In this document: piece by piece, positions 19,477-29,130 of the stretch
Numbering within the stretch: position 1 is the first letter of the stretch
How the letters are laid out: the number at the start of each line of letters is the position of its first letter
Source: a virus
Lineage: Duplodnaviria; Heunggongvirae; Uroviricota; Caudoviricetes
Direction: 5' to 3' (one strand)
Virus record (IMG/VR): IMGVR_UViG_3300033075_000957
Location: 64,001-128,000 of that record
Length of the DNA stretch: 64,000 nt
The notes under the pieces: model-generated
What the model saw: the letters and a program-made list of their open reading frames with translations, nothing else
Databases searched by the model: none
Told to the model about the DNA's origin: nothing
Made by a program: the position numbers and the translations under genes

Positions 19477-20145
19477 ATGAACTATAGACCTTATTTAGTA
19501 CTTGACACAGAAACAACCGGACTAAATCCGGACGATGGACACGAAATAACACAGTTATCGGCACTTGCTCTAAACGCAACGAATCTCAAAATTCACCCTG
19601 CTGGTAAGTTTAATGTATTCATTAAACCACAAAAACCTGAACTAGCTTCTCCAGAAGCCATAGCTGTAGCCGAAGCCTCTTGGAAAAAGGCAAATGAATC
19701 CGGCGTTCACCCGAAAGTGGCCGCACAAAAATTCATGGATTGGGCAGCGTCATTAAACCCAAAGGGCACAAGTATTTACAAGCCAATTTTTTCAGGATGG
19801 AACGTCCCGTTCGATTTAAAATTTGTCAATCATCTATTAACTACTACCGGTGTTGCTAAAACCGAAAAAGAAAGACCATATCACTATAATAGCGTAGATG
19901 TTATGACCATGTATTTTGCACTACTTGAATCGCATCCCGATATCCGTGACAATCGGATGGATACCGTTATGAAAGCTTTTGGTATGACAAGAAAAAGCGA
20001 GTCACACGACGCTATGGAAGACGTAGAGTTGTGTGCCGAACTGCTTCAACGCGGACTTTCGTTTTTCCGCCGATGCCAAAAGTCAATGAAAATTATAGCA
20101 CCGCAAGATGCTAGGCAAATGATTGCGGAGGAATCTGGTGTATAA
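19477..20145 (+). CDS. dnaQ: DEDDh 3'-5' exonuclease (DnaQ/epsilon-like)
   Basis: LVLDTETTGL, GWNVPFDLKF, HDAMEDV. Confidence 0.88.
   Translation: MNYRPYLVLDTETTGLNPDDGHEITQLSALALNATNLKIHPAGKFNVFIKPQKPELASPEAIAVAEASWKKANESGVHPKVAAQKFMDWAASLNPKGTSIYKPIFSGWNVPFDLKFVNHLLTTTGVAKTEKERPYHYNSVDVMTMYFALLESHPDIRDNRMDTVMKAFGMTRKSESHDAMEDVELCAELLQRGLSFFRRCQKSMKIIAPQDARQMIAEESGV
20137..20144 (+). promoter_or_regulatory. candidate late-promoter motif GGTGTATA
   Basis: same 8-mer as upstream of minus-strand structural genes; 7 nt before ATG 20152. Confidence 0.35.
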
Positions 20146-20151
20146 CAGATT

Positions 20152-20649
20152 ATGGACTATAGAAAAGACAAACGCACAGAAAAACAATTTGCTAAAGATA
20201 TTAAAGAATGCACAAAAACAGAACGTATTTTAATGAATAAATACGTTGATTGGTTAAATAAAACCAAGGGTGATGGTAAAATTATCTATAACTTTGTAGA
20301 TAATGGCGTAAATAATCAAGGTAATTTATTACGAGATAAAGACGTTGACGCCAGAGCGGATTTTATTTTAGTTAAAAATGGTGCTCGACCAAAACTAATT
20401 GATGTTAAATTTAGTCGTAAGCCGTCAAATAAATTTAGAATAAAAACCAATCATGTTAAACGGTACATGAGAGATGATGTAGCTATAATCGTCTTTATGA
20501 ATCTTGATGATCCATCTTTCTGTATCGTCACTCCTGCTACCATGAAGAAATGGGTAGAAAATAAAAAACCGATTAAATTCGCAGGATGGGGATTTAAAGA
20601 AGTCTACGAAATAGATGTATCGGAAGTAACATGGTATCAAACACAGTAA
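20152..20649 (+). CDS. putative PD-(D/E)xK endonuclease
   Basis: RADFIL....IDVKF motif. Confidence 0.55.
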   Translation: MDYRKDKRTEKQFAKDIKECTKTERILMNKYVDWLNKTKGDGKIIYNFVDNGVNNQGNLLRDKDVDARADFILVKNGARPKLIDVKFSRKPSNKFRIKTNHVKRYMRDDVAIIVFMNLDDPSFCIVTPATMKKWVENKKPIKFAGWGFKEVYEIDVSEVTWYQTQ

Positions 20650-22217
20650 CGATAGAAACCATTAATTTTGATGACACCCGAGTATGGGACTTAATATGTT
20701 CGGGACACTCCAGAGGAATTTTTCAATGCGAATCGGCTCTGGTTTCTAATTGGCTAAAGAAAATTAAACCACGTAATTTAACAGAATTATCTGCCGTGAT
20801 TGCCGCCGTGCGTCCCGGTGCTCTGGAATCTGGCGGTACTGAAGAATATCTCGGTTACAAAAATGGAACACTCACATACGAAAATATTCATCCTATTGTA
20901 GACGATATATTAAAAGCAACACACCACTCGCTCTTGTATCAAGAGCAGCTAATCCTTTTGGGGCGGCGTTTAGCATGGCAACACTTAGATGAGACTCAGC
21001 AACTATTTAAAGCCGATGAGTTACGCAAGGCCGTGGGTAAAAAGAATCAGGAAAAGATTCTTAAGATCGGTAAAGAATTCATTGAAGGATGTTTGATCAA
21101 TAAGGTAGATCAGTCTATTGCCGATGATCTCTTTCAGATTATTCGTAATTCAGGGCGTTATTTATTCAATCTCGCACACTCGTTTAAATATGCAGTTGTT
21201 GCGTATTATACCGCATGGTTAAAATATCATTATCCATTACAATTTTTCGCTACATATCTCAGTTACGCTAGATATAAAGCAACCATTAAGAAATATGGAA
21301 AAGAAATATCCAGTAAATGGATTGAAATTAATGATTTCCATCGCGAGATGAAGAGATTCGAAATTCCGCTTTTACCACCTAATATTAACGCACGAAATTT
21401 ACACTTTAAAATTGAAGATAAATCTATCCGATATGCTTTGTCTGAAATTAAATTTGTAAGTACCGCTGTTTCTAAAATCGTTGATTTAGATCAGAAAATT
21501 ACTAAATGGCAACATTTTGTATTATTAGCGTTTAGCGAACATTATGGTTTTAAATTAAAGGCTAATGCTACTGAGGCACTGATTAAATCAGGATCATTTT
21601 CTGATATCAATTGGTCAAGAACAGATCTTCTCTGTCTTACATCATTTTTACAAGAATTACCGGGAAAGCCTCTATCGGTCTTTTTAGAATGGGTTAATGA
21701 AAACATCAATACTAATTTAACCGGTAAAGATATTATTGATTTTGTTAATTCGGAGAGATTCCAGTCTTCTGTTCAAAAGAAGCAGCGTGGTATTATCAAC
21801 GATTTTGCTAAATTTTTAAAGTTTGATCAAGAAGATAATCCAGATATTATCGAGGATTACGAATGGCAATATTTAGGTGTTAATCTCACATTATCAAAGC
21901 TTGATAACATCGTAGCTGCTGGGCACGAGTCTTTCATTAATGAGTGTACCGCAGAATTATGCCGTCCTTTTGAAAAGAAAACCATTAATGTTATTATTGA
22001 TGATGTGAAACAAACTACAACAAAAACCGGAAAAAATCCCGGTCAAAAAATGGCAATGATTGGAGTACATGATGGTACTGGTAACCTTACTAAATTGCCA
22101 GTATTTCCAGAGGCATACTTAAATTATTCTGAAATGTTAGTTGCTGGCAATACAATACAATTATTAATAACAAATGCAAAAAAAGGATGGGTAATCGATA
22201 AAATTACTCAAATATGA
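20631..22217 (+). CDS. dnaE: DNA polymerase III alpha subunit, C-terminal part (fingers, HhH, OB)
   Basis: begins INFDDTRVWDLICSG..GIFQCES; AAVRPG; LLYQEQL; ADELRKAVGKK; YLFNLAH; WLKYHYP; LPPNIN; C-terminal OB-like region. Confidence 0.92.
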   Translation: MVSNTVTIETINFDDTRVWDLICSGHSRGIFQCESALVSNWLKKIKPRNLTELSAVIAAVRPGALESGGTEEYLGYKNGTLTYENIHPIVDDILKATHHSLLYQEQLILLGRRLAWQHLDETQQLFKADELRKAVGKKNQEKILKIGKEFIEGCLINKVDQSIADDLFQIIRNSGRYLFNLAHSFKYAVVAYYTAWLKYHYPLQFFATYLSYARYKATIKKYGKEISSKWIEINDFHREMKRFEIPLLPPNINARNLHFKIEDKSIRYALSEIKFVSTAVSKIVDLDQKITKWQHFVLLAFSEHYGFKLKANATEALIKSGSFSDINWSRTDLLCLTSFLQELPGKPLSVFLEWVNENINTNLTGKDIIDFVNSERFQSSVQKKQRGIINDFAKFLKFDQEDNPDIIEDYEWQYLGVNLTLSKLDNIVAAGHESFINECTAELCRPFEKKTINVIIDDVKQTTTKTGKNPGQKMAMIGVHDGTGNLTKLPVFPEAYLNYSEMLVAGNTIQLLITNAKKGWVIDKITQI

Positions 22218-22693
22218 ACAAACGTGAACAAATTCTACAAATTTTAGAGCGTGCTAATTATTATATTACGTATGAGTTTGATGCTGTCAATGAGGTTGGG
22301 ACTATCACCCAACATTGGGATAAAAAACAATATTTTATATCATATGACAAGAAAAAAGGACAAATTACAGGTTCCTTGCTATCGGAACCCATCAAATGTC
22401 CAGCCTATTTTTTACCAGCGGTACTCAAATTTAAATTAATTGAACTATGTGAAAATAGAAAATACTCATACAAATATATAAAATTCTATAAAAACGGAGA
22501 GGAAACACAGTTTCCTTATTTTGCTTTTACTGATAGCGAAGAAGAAGCGAGTAAAGCTATTTTGTTCGCAGAGATTTATGCCGATGTTGTTAGATATGGT
22601 TTGCAACCGGATGCAGCCGCTGCGGCTTCGCACGAAGAATTAGAATTTATTTTAAAGCAAATCTATAATATTAACGCAAAAATTAAAAACTAA
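22214..22693 (+). CDS. hypothetical protein
   Basis: 159-aa ORF, ATGA coupling. Confidence 0.55.
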   Translation: MNKREQILQILERANYYITYEFDAVNEVGTITQHWDKKQYFISYDKKKGQITGSLLSEPIKCPAYFLPAVLKFKLIELCENRKYSYKYIKFYKNGEETQFPYFAFTDSEEEASKAILFAEIYADVVRYGLQPDAAAAASHEELEFILKQIYNINAKIKN

Positions 22694-22710
22694 ACGATAT
22701 AATAACCTAT

Positions 22711-24399
22711 ATGAAAAAACGCGTCTTATTAGTCAATGAATTTCATCAACTCTCTACCGGTTACGCCACTTATTTTAAACATATTCTTCCCCATCTTTTT
22801 CAGTGTTCAGATATCGAAATTGCAGAATTAGCAGTCTTTTTATCTCCGGGACACCCTCAAAAAGATCAATGGTTAGCCACAACTCCGTGGAAAGTTTATT
22901 TGAACGAACCGCCAGCAGAAGCACCGCTGGAAGTACATCAGTCTTATAGATCAGATCCATTAAATCAATTGGGTAAATTTAGATTTGACGAAGTTTTGCT
23001 TGATTTTAAACCTGATTTTGTAATTACTATTCGCGATCCTTTCGTAGATGTATTTATCGATCATTCTGTTTATCGTCCCTATTTTAAGCATATTCACATG
23101 CCGACGATCGATAGTGAACCTTTAAAACAGGAATGGATTGATCAATATAAGAAAGCAGATGTTCTTTTAACATATTCGTATTTTGGTAAACGCGTATTAG
23201 AACAGCAATCTGGAAATATATTAAAAGTGTCTGCTGTCGCATCGCCCGGAGCGGAAACGGATAGTTTTAAACCCTTAGATAAAAAGGAATTACGCAAACG
23301 TTTTGGCATCGACGAAGACGCGTTTATCATCCAAACAGTTATGAGGAATCAGCCTCGTAAACTATTCCCGGAACTATTCAAAGCTTTTGCTGAATTTCTT
23401 TACAAATGCGAAGTTGAAGGAAATTATGATTTAGCAGCAAGATCATATTTACATATTCATACTACTTATCCAGATTTAGGTTGGAATTTATCCAGTGAAA
23501 TTCGTAATCATAAATTAGGCCATAAAATATTATGGACCTATATGTGTAGTAGTTGCAAGCGGCACGAATTAAATTTCTTTAGAGATTCAGCAACAGTATG
23601 TCATGCCTGTCGTGCATCTGCATATCATCTTCCGAATACAGCTATTGGACTAACTCGCGACCAGCTTTGCGAAATAATGAATATTCCAGACGTATATATA
23701 CAATACGCCAGTTGTGAAGGATGGGGATTACCAATTAGTGATGCCAAATCATGTGGTATACCTACTATAGTCACCGACTACTCGGCTTTATCTGAACAGG
23801 GCCATGCACCGGGTGGCATTCCAATCGAACCAGAATTATTTGGGCAAGAACCATATACCACAAGTACTGGTCAAACAAGAGTTGTTAAGATTAATCATAA
23901 GCAATTAATAGATAAACTCTATGAGCTAGCAACCACAGAAGATTTGTGTCAAGAGATTGGTAAAGCTGGACGTAAACTGATGGAAGACGTTTATGACTGG
24001 AAAAAGGTATCTAAAATTTGGGAATCAGTAATTCGCGAAACGCCAATTCTTGAACGAACCAATACATGGTTTGGTCCTCCGCGAATTATTTCTGGTCAAA
24101 TTGAAATGAATCCTAAATCGAATAATCAGGAATTCGTCAGAGATTGTTTTTCTAAGATTTTACAACAAAATCCTGATCAGCATGCTGCGGAAATCGCTAG
24201 ACTGGTTGGACTTCTTAATCAGGGTTTCGAACAGGGTCGCGATATGCACGGACGAGAATTTAAAGCTACATTTAATCGTCAAATTTTACTACAAAGATTT
24301 GTAGAGGAACTTAAAAAACGCAATCAAGCTGATGAAAAACGTTTAATTTCTGTTTTTGGCTATGTGCAAAACAACGGTATTCAAATAATTAGATTATGA
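22711..24399 (+). CDS. glycosyltransferase (GT-B, GT4-like) with CxxC..CxxC insertion
   Basis: STGYATY, VMRNQPRKLFPELF, EGWGLPISDAKSCGIP.IVTDYSA; CSSC and CHAC insert. Confidence 0.88.
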   Translation: MKKRVLLVNEFHQLSTGYATYFKHILPHLFQCSDIEIAELAVFLSPGHPQKDQWLATTPWKVYLNEPPAEAPLEVHQSYRSDPLNQLGKFRFDEVLLDFKPDFVITIRDPFVDVFIDHSVYRPYFKHIHMPTIDSEPLKQEWIDQYKKADVLLTYSYFGKRVLEQQSGNILKVSAVASPGAETDSFKPLDKKELRKRFGIDEDAFIIQTVMRNQPRKLFPELFKAFAEFLYKCEVEGNYDLAARSYLHIHTTYPDLGWNLSSEIRNHKLGHKILWTYMCSSCKRHELNFFRDSATVCHACRASAYHLPNTAIGLTRDQLCEIMNIPDVYIQYASCEGWGLPISDAKSCGIPTIVTDYSALSEQGHAPGGIPIEPELFGQEPYTTSTGQTRVVKINHKQLIDKLYELATTEDLCQEIGKAGRKLMEDVYDWKKVSKIWESVIRETPILERTNTWFGPPRIISGQIEMNPKSNNQEFVRDCFSKILQQNPDQHAAEIARLVGLLNQGFEQGRDMHGREFKATFNRQILLQRFVEELKKRNQADEKRLISVFGYVQNNGIQIIRL

Positions 24400-25514
24400 A
24401 GAAAATACTTTATATCGCTCCTATACATGACGGTACTGGCTATGCCCATATGGCCAATAATACCATTCTCATTCTTGACGCTGCCGGTCATGATGTAACG
24501 GTACGAAAGCAGAAGCTTACTGGACAAACTATTAGCCCGCCAAATAAAGTGATCGAAATGGAACGCAAAGATGTCCCACAGGATATCGATGTTGTTATTC
24601 AGCATACTCTTCCTCCTCATTTTATTCGCTATGAAGGCGTGAAAAATATCGGTTACTTCCATTGGGAAACTGATAATATCATGCCGTCAGGATGGCATCT
24701 TCCAATTAGCTTAATGGACGAGCTATGGGTTTCTTGGGAAGATAATGCAAATATGCTTCAAAGAATGATGGATCAGGGGGATTTGCCGTCTATACCGATA
24801 CGCGTAGTAACCGGTGCAGTTTCCCAAAATCGACCGGTTGACGGATTTGTCAATCCTATGCCTTTTAGTAAACTACCATATACCTTTTATCATATTGGAG
24901 ACTGTTCTGCTCGCAAAGGAACAGAGGCTTTGTTGACAGCTTTTTATCGCGAGTTTACCGCATCTGATAATGTACAGCTTATACTTAAAAGCTATGTAGA
25001 TGGCAAATCGACACAAGAATCTATTAATCATATTCGCGAAATGACTGAGAATATTAAAATGTCCTTGCGGGATAGAACAAATGGAAACTGGCCGACAGTA
25101 CATCTTATAGCACAGTATCTTACGGACGATGGAATCGCCGCTATTCATGAGACAGGCGACTGTTTTGTAACATTAGAGCGTGGAGCCGCATGGAACATTC
25201 CGGCGTTTGAAGCATGGCAAATGGGCAAGTCGGTAATAGCTCCTAATTATGGTGGACAGACCGCGTTTCTGCAAGAAAAAAATAATAATGGTATTCAATT
25301 ACTACATACCCAACCGGCTTTTGTTTACGGAATGAAAACGTGCGGCTATCCCGGTGTGTATACAAGTTATGAAAACTGGAGAGTGCCATTAATTGATAAC
25401 GCACAATATGCTATGCGTTTTGCATATAATACTGGTAAAAAAACCTATAATCGTAGCGATGAAATATCTCTGTTTTCATTAGAAAACATAGCCAAAGAAA
25501 TGGTAGAAATTTAA
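24396..25514 (+). CDS. glycosyltransferase (GT4-like)
   Basis: GTGYA, RKGTEALL.AF..EF, RGAAWNIPAFEAWQMGKSVIAPNYGG. Confidence 0.85.
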   Translation: MKKILYIAPIHDGTGYAHMANNTILILDAAGHDVTVRKQKLTGQTISPPNKVIEMERKDVPQDIDVVIQHTLPPHFIRYEGVKNIGYFHWETDNIMPSGWHLPISLMDELWVSWEDNANMLQRMMDQGDLPSIPIRVVTGAVSQNRPVDGFVNPMPFSKLPYTFYHIGDCSARKGTEALLTAFYREFTASDNVQLILKSYVDGKSTQESINHIREMTENIKMSLRDRTNGNWPTVHLIAQYLTDDGIAAIHETGDCFVTLERGAAWNIPAFEAWQMGKSVIAPNYGGQTAFLQEKNNNGIQLLHTQPAFVYGMKTCGYPGVYTSYENWRVPLIDNAQYAMRFAYNTGKKTYNRSDEISLFSLENIAKEMVEI

Positions 25515-25517
25515 ATC

Positions 25518-26507
25518 ATGCAAACCTTAACCACTTCTATCTTCAACAGGATTAAACCTTCAAAAAATTTGAAGGTTCTTACACTGGCAACCCACGAAGG
25601 ATATCAGTCCCTGTTTTCTAAAACGGGACACGAGCAGCATCTTATTGTAGCACCGGGACTGAAAAACTGGGATTTCCAGACCCGGCCCTTGCCACCAAAT
25701 ACTTATCTAATCAAAATCAATAAGATCGAAGAGTTTGTACCGACAGAACAGTATGATGTCGTACTGTCGCAAAATCGATTGCAGCACTATGGAATTCTCG
25801 CCCCTATAGCACAACGTTACAACATCCCATTTGTTCAAATAGATCACACTGAACCTCCGCCCGGCATTGTTGGAGAATATCTATCAAGATTGAATTCGAT
25901 GAGAGGGATGACAAATGTATTCATCACAGACTTTAACAAATCTTCATGGGAAGGCTTGCCAGATGATCCAGTGATTCCTCACGGAATCGATACTGACGTA
26001 TTTAAAGGCTGGGAAGGTAATGATAGCAGAGGGTTATCGGTTGTAAATTTCTTTCCACAACGGGATGTCTTCTGCGGGTGGGCTTTATGGCAACAGATTA
26101 GCAAAAACGTTCCACTCAAACTTGTCGGAGAAAATCCCGGAATATCCAAGTCTATCAATAAAGTAGAGGATTTAGTTAAGGAATATTGTTCAGCAAGATT
26201 TTTCCTGAATACTAGCCAGCTATCTCCTGTACCGTTATCTCTGATTGAAGCCATGGCCTGTGGTTGTCCAGTAGTTACCACTGCCAAACAAGAAATTCCA
26301 AATATCATTGTAAATGGCGTAAACGGGATTATTTCTAACGATCCGAACGAATTGATTCGTGGATGTACCCGTCTATTGGAAGACAAGGCGTATGCTAAAT
26401 TTTTAGGCGATAATGCTCGTCGAACTATACAAGAGCGATATAATATAGAACAATTCGTTAATAAATGGAACGAAGTATTGTATAGTGCTATTAGAAAATA
26501 TCGATAG
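25518..26507 (+). CDS. glycosyltransferase (GT4-like)
   Basis: VIPHGIDTDVF, FFLNTS..SPVPLSLIEAMACGCPVVT, ENARRTI.ERY-type ending. Confidence 0.88.
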   Translation: MQTLTTSIFNRIKPSKNLKVLTLATHEGYQSLFSKTGHEQHLIVAPGLKNWDFQTRPLPPNTYLIKINKIEEFVPTEQYDVVLSQNRLQHYGILAPIAQRYNIPFVQIDHTEPPPGIVGEYLSRLNSMRGMTNVFITDFNKSSWEGLPDDPVIPHGIDTDVFKGWEGNDSRGLSVVNFFPQRDVFCGWALWQQISKNVPLKLVGENPGISKSINKVEDLVKEYCSARFFLNTSQLSPVPLSLIEAMACGCPVVTTAKQEIPNIIVNGVNGIISNDPNELIRGCTRLLEDKAYAKFLGDNARRTIQERYNIEQFVNKWNEVLYSAIRKYR

Positions 26508-26532
26508 ACATACAAAGATGGAATGAGATCAA

Positions 26533-26754
26533 ATGGGTAATTTTTCAATAACTATAAACGGATCAGGAAGTTACGATACTCCAGAATTTAGACAGGCAAT
26601 CTATGGATTTCTGCAAAATCTTACTCGACTAAAGTTAAATATTTCGCAAGCCACCGCTATTTTTGGTGGTCATCAAGATTTCTTAAGGAATTTTGTATCG
26701 CGAGAAATAGTCGTAGACTATAATTCAACATCAATCGAACGGAGCGAATCTTGA
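26533..26754 (+). CDS. small hypothetical protein
   Basis: 73-aa ORF, TTGA coupling downstream. Confidence 0.45.
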   Translation: MGNFSITINGSGSYDTPEFRQAIYGFLQNLTRLKLNISQATAIFGGHQDFLRNFVSREIVVDYNSTSIERSES

Positions 26755-27155
26755 AGATATATTATCGTAGAAACGGTACCGAAGTACAAGGTGCTGTTAA
26801 CATCAAGCATTTCAATGATCTAAATCAATATAATGAAATTGAGTTTTTAGAACTTGACAATGTTCTGAATCAATTAAATTTAAATAATGTATTAATCGTG
26901 ATGCAGGCTGTTTATGCTAAAATGGCTACAAATGGAGAGATCTATATCCATGATTTAGATGCTCATGCGATTGCCAATAAAGTCAAGTTTAATCATTCCT
27001 CTTTAGAAGATTTTAATAACATTTTATTCCAACAAGGAACGGTTAGCTGTTTAGCTTTATATTGGATTAAAATTCAATTAGAACAAATTGGTTTTAAAAC
27101 CATTGAATGCGGCTATGGTTATGCAAATGATTTTTGGATTAGAATGCTCAAATGA
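26751..27155 (+). CDS. truncated/degenerate class I methyltransferase-like protein
   Basis: LDNVLNQL..V..KMATNGEIYIHDLD resembles the MTase C-terminal half; no GxGxG motif. Confidence 0.4.
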   Translation: MKIYYRRNGTEVQGAVNIKHFNDLNQYNEIEFLELDNVLNQLNLNNVLIVMQAVYAKMATNGEIYIHDLDAHAIANKVKFNHSSLEDFNNILFQQGTVSCLALYWIKIQLEQIGFKTIECGYGYANDFWIRMLK

Positions 27156-27865
27156 AAACTAACGTTGTTATTACAAACTACAATCAGGGGAAATTTGCCT
27201 ATTCAGCACTGGATAGTATATATAAACAAACGCATTTACCGACAAAAATTATTATTGTTGACGATTGTTCTACCGATAATTCTGTCGAGCTTATCAAACA
27301 AGCGATGGCAAAATTTAAGAATAAGATTGCAACAGAACTCATCGTCAGAGAAACGAACGGTAAACCCGCTGGTGCTCGTAACTCAGGAATTCGCAATCTC
27401 GAATCTGACTGCGAAGTTGTAGCCTTTCTAGACATTGATGATTTTTATGCTCCTGAAAAAATTCAGGCATCGATTAATGTACTTCGCAAGTATCCTCTAG
27501 TTGGATTAGTGTACACAGACTATAATATGTATGATGTACAAAAAAATAATTTTGTACGCGAATTTAAACATCCTTTCGATTTTAATATTCTAGCACAAGT
27601 TTGCATCGTATCAACCAATTCTATCATTCGTAGAAAAGTATTAGATAAAGTAGGTTTATTTGACGAAAAATATTATGGCGTAGAAGATTACCAAATGTGG
27701 TTACGTATTGCTTTAGAAAGCATGGTGCATCATATCGCCGAACCATTATTTACATATCGTATACACGGAGGTAATTTGAGCACAAATAATACTAAATTTA
27801 TGGAATCACAAATTCCACAATTAAAACAGGAACTATTTAGTGGAAACTATAAACCTCCCCGCTGA
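27152..27865 (+). CDS. glycosyltransferase family 2
   Basis: VVITNYNQG, IIVDDCSTD, NGKPAGARNSG, FLDIDD, EDYQMWLR. Confidence 0.92.
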   Translation: MKTNVVITNYNQGKFAYSALDSIYKQTHLPTKIIIVDDCSTDNSVELIKQAMAKFKNKIATELIVRETNGKPAGARNSGIRNLESDCEVVAFLDIDDFYAPEKIQASINVLRKYPLVGLVYTDYNMYDVQKNNFVREFKHPFDFNILAQVCIVSTNSIIRRKVLDKVGLFDEKYYGVEDYQMWLRIALESMVHHIAEPLFTYRIHGGNLSTNNTKFMESQIPQLKQELFSGNYKPPR

Positions 27866-28379
27866 AATATTAGAAAAATGTCATCAACCTATTAAACTAA
27901 GATATACTCCATATTTAAAAAACGGATTTGGAATTATTATTCAGCGTTTAACGCAGACTCAAATAACTTACTCATTATTTGAGCAAATAGCACGGTTCCA
28001 TAAACAAAACCCATTTGATGAAATTATTTTCTATACCGCTACAAATGAACTATCTATAATGAATGTGCCAACGTCGATTTTTCCAATTACGTCGCTAGGA
28101 GAACACATTGGGCCAGTAATTGCTACCTGTCCCCAAACTTGGTACGCAATGAACAATACTATTGGTGATATTGAGAAGTATTATTATGTTTTTGATCCTT
28201 TAATCTTTAGATTATTAAATCCTCAATTATTGAATCAAATCAGCGAAAGTAACACAAAATTTATACTACGATGTCAAGAACATCAGGAATTGGTGAAATT
28301 TATTCCACAGGATAAGATTATTAAAAATTATGTTCCTGATGCAGAATTAGAATTATTAAAGGATATTGTAAATGGCTAG
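27840..28379 (+). CDS. GT-B N-terminal-domain-like remnant
   Basis: VIATCPQTW..KYYYVFD pattern seen in GT4 acceptor domains; no donor-binding domain. Confidence 0.35.
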   Translation: METINLPAEILEKCHQPIKLRYTPYLKNGFGIIIQRLTQTQITYSLFEQIARFHKQNPFDEIIFYTATNELSIMNVPTSIFPITSLGEHIGPVIATCPQTWYAMNNTIGDIEKYYYVFDPLIFRLLNPQLLNQISESNTKFILRCQEHQELVKFIPQDKIIKNYVPDAELELLKDIVNG

Positions 28380-29130
28380 ACCAAAGAAAACAAACGGTAC
28401 GGAAGATCAGGCAGCAGTGGTTCAAGCGGAGACTGCTGAAACAGAAATCGTCCCCACCATGAATGATCCGGAATGGACGACGTATGTCCTTAGTCAACTA
28501 GATGAAAAGACAGAATTAGTTGAAAAGCGTCCAAAAGCCGCTGGTTTAAGAAGAATATTTACTCCACTTACCGGCTGGATTGTTAGAAAAAGTTATCCAA
28601 CAGTAATTCAGGCACCAGAGCCAAACAATGAACGCCGTGCAACCGTTATGTTCACTTTGGTTATTGACACTCCGCAAGGGCAAATGGAGTATTCCGATGC
28701 TTCCGATTGCTATTGGGCAAATACCACCAAGCCTTATAACTTACATCCAGTTGCTACCGCTGCAACAATGGCGGAAGGAAGAGTGCTGCGTAAATTAATG
28801 AAGCTTAATTGCGTAACTGTAGAAGAAACATTACAGCCAACCGAAGACGAGGCTGAAATTAATGAAGCAATAACTGACGCTTCTACCCCAATCGAAAAAC
28901 CGCAAGAGGTTGCAATTGAGCAAATTTGTGGAAAAGCCGGAATTGATATTCGTAAGATGTTAATGTGGCACAAGATGCCGGTTCCAGAAAACACTTCTGA
29001 TAAACCAACATCTAAGATGTCTAAGAGAGACGCCCAGCAAATTATTCAGATTTGTTTACAAGGATACCAGCGTGGTAAGGCTAACGGAGGAATCGATATT
29101 CCCGAAGAAATCAAAAGAGGTAATAAATAA
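28372..29130 (+). CDS. putative Rad52/Sak-like single-strand annealing protein
   Basis: GLRRI..RATVMFTL..ATAATMAEGRVLRKLM core followed by an acidic linker. Confidence 0.5.
   Translation: MARPKKTNGTEDQAAVVQAETAETEIVPTMNDPEWTTYVLSQLDEKTELVEKRPKAAGLRRIFTPLTGWIVRKSYPTVIQAPEPNNERRATVMFTLVIDTPQGQMEYSDASDCYWANTTKPYNLHPVATAATMAEGRVLRKLMKLNCVTVEETLQPTEDEAEINEAITDASTPIEKPQEVAIEQICGKAGIDIRKMLMWHKMPVPENTSDKPTSKMSKRDAQQIIQICLQGYQRGKANGGIDIPEEIKRGNK

Noticed and set aside
16574-22217. Split intein or group I intron joining the dnaE halves
   Set aside because: No intein terminal motifs at either junction; the gap is filled with tightly coupled ORFs and leaves no room for a ribozyme core.
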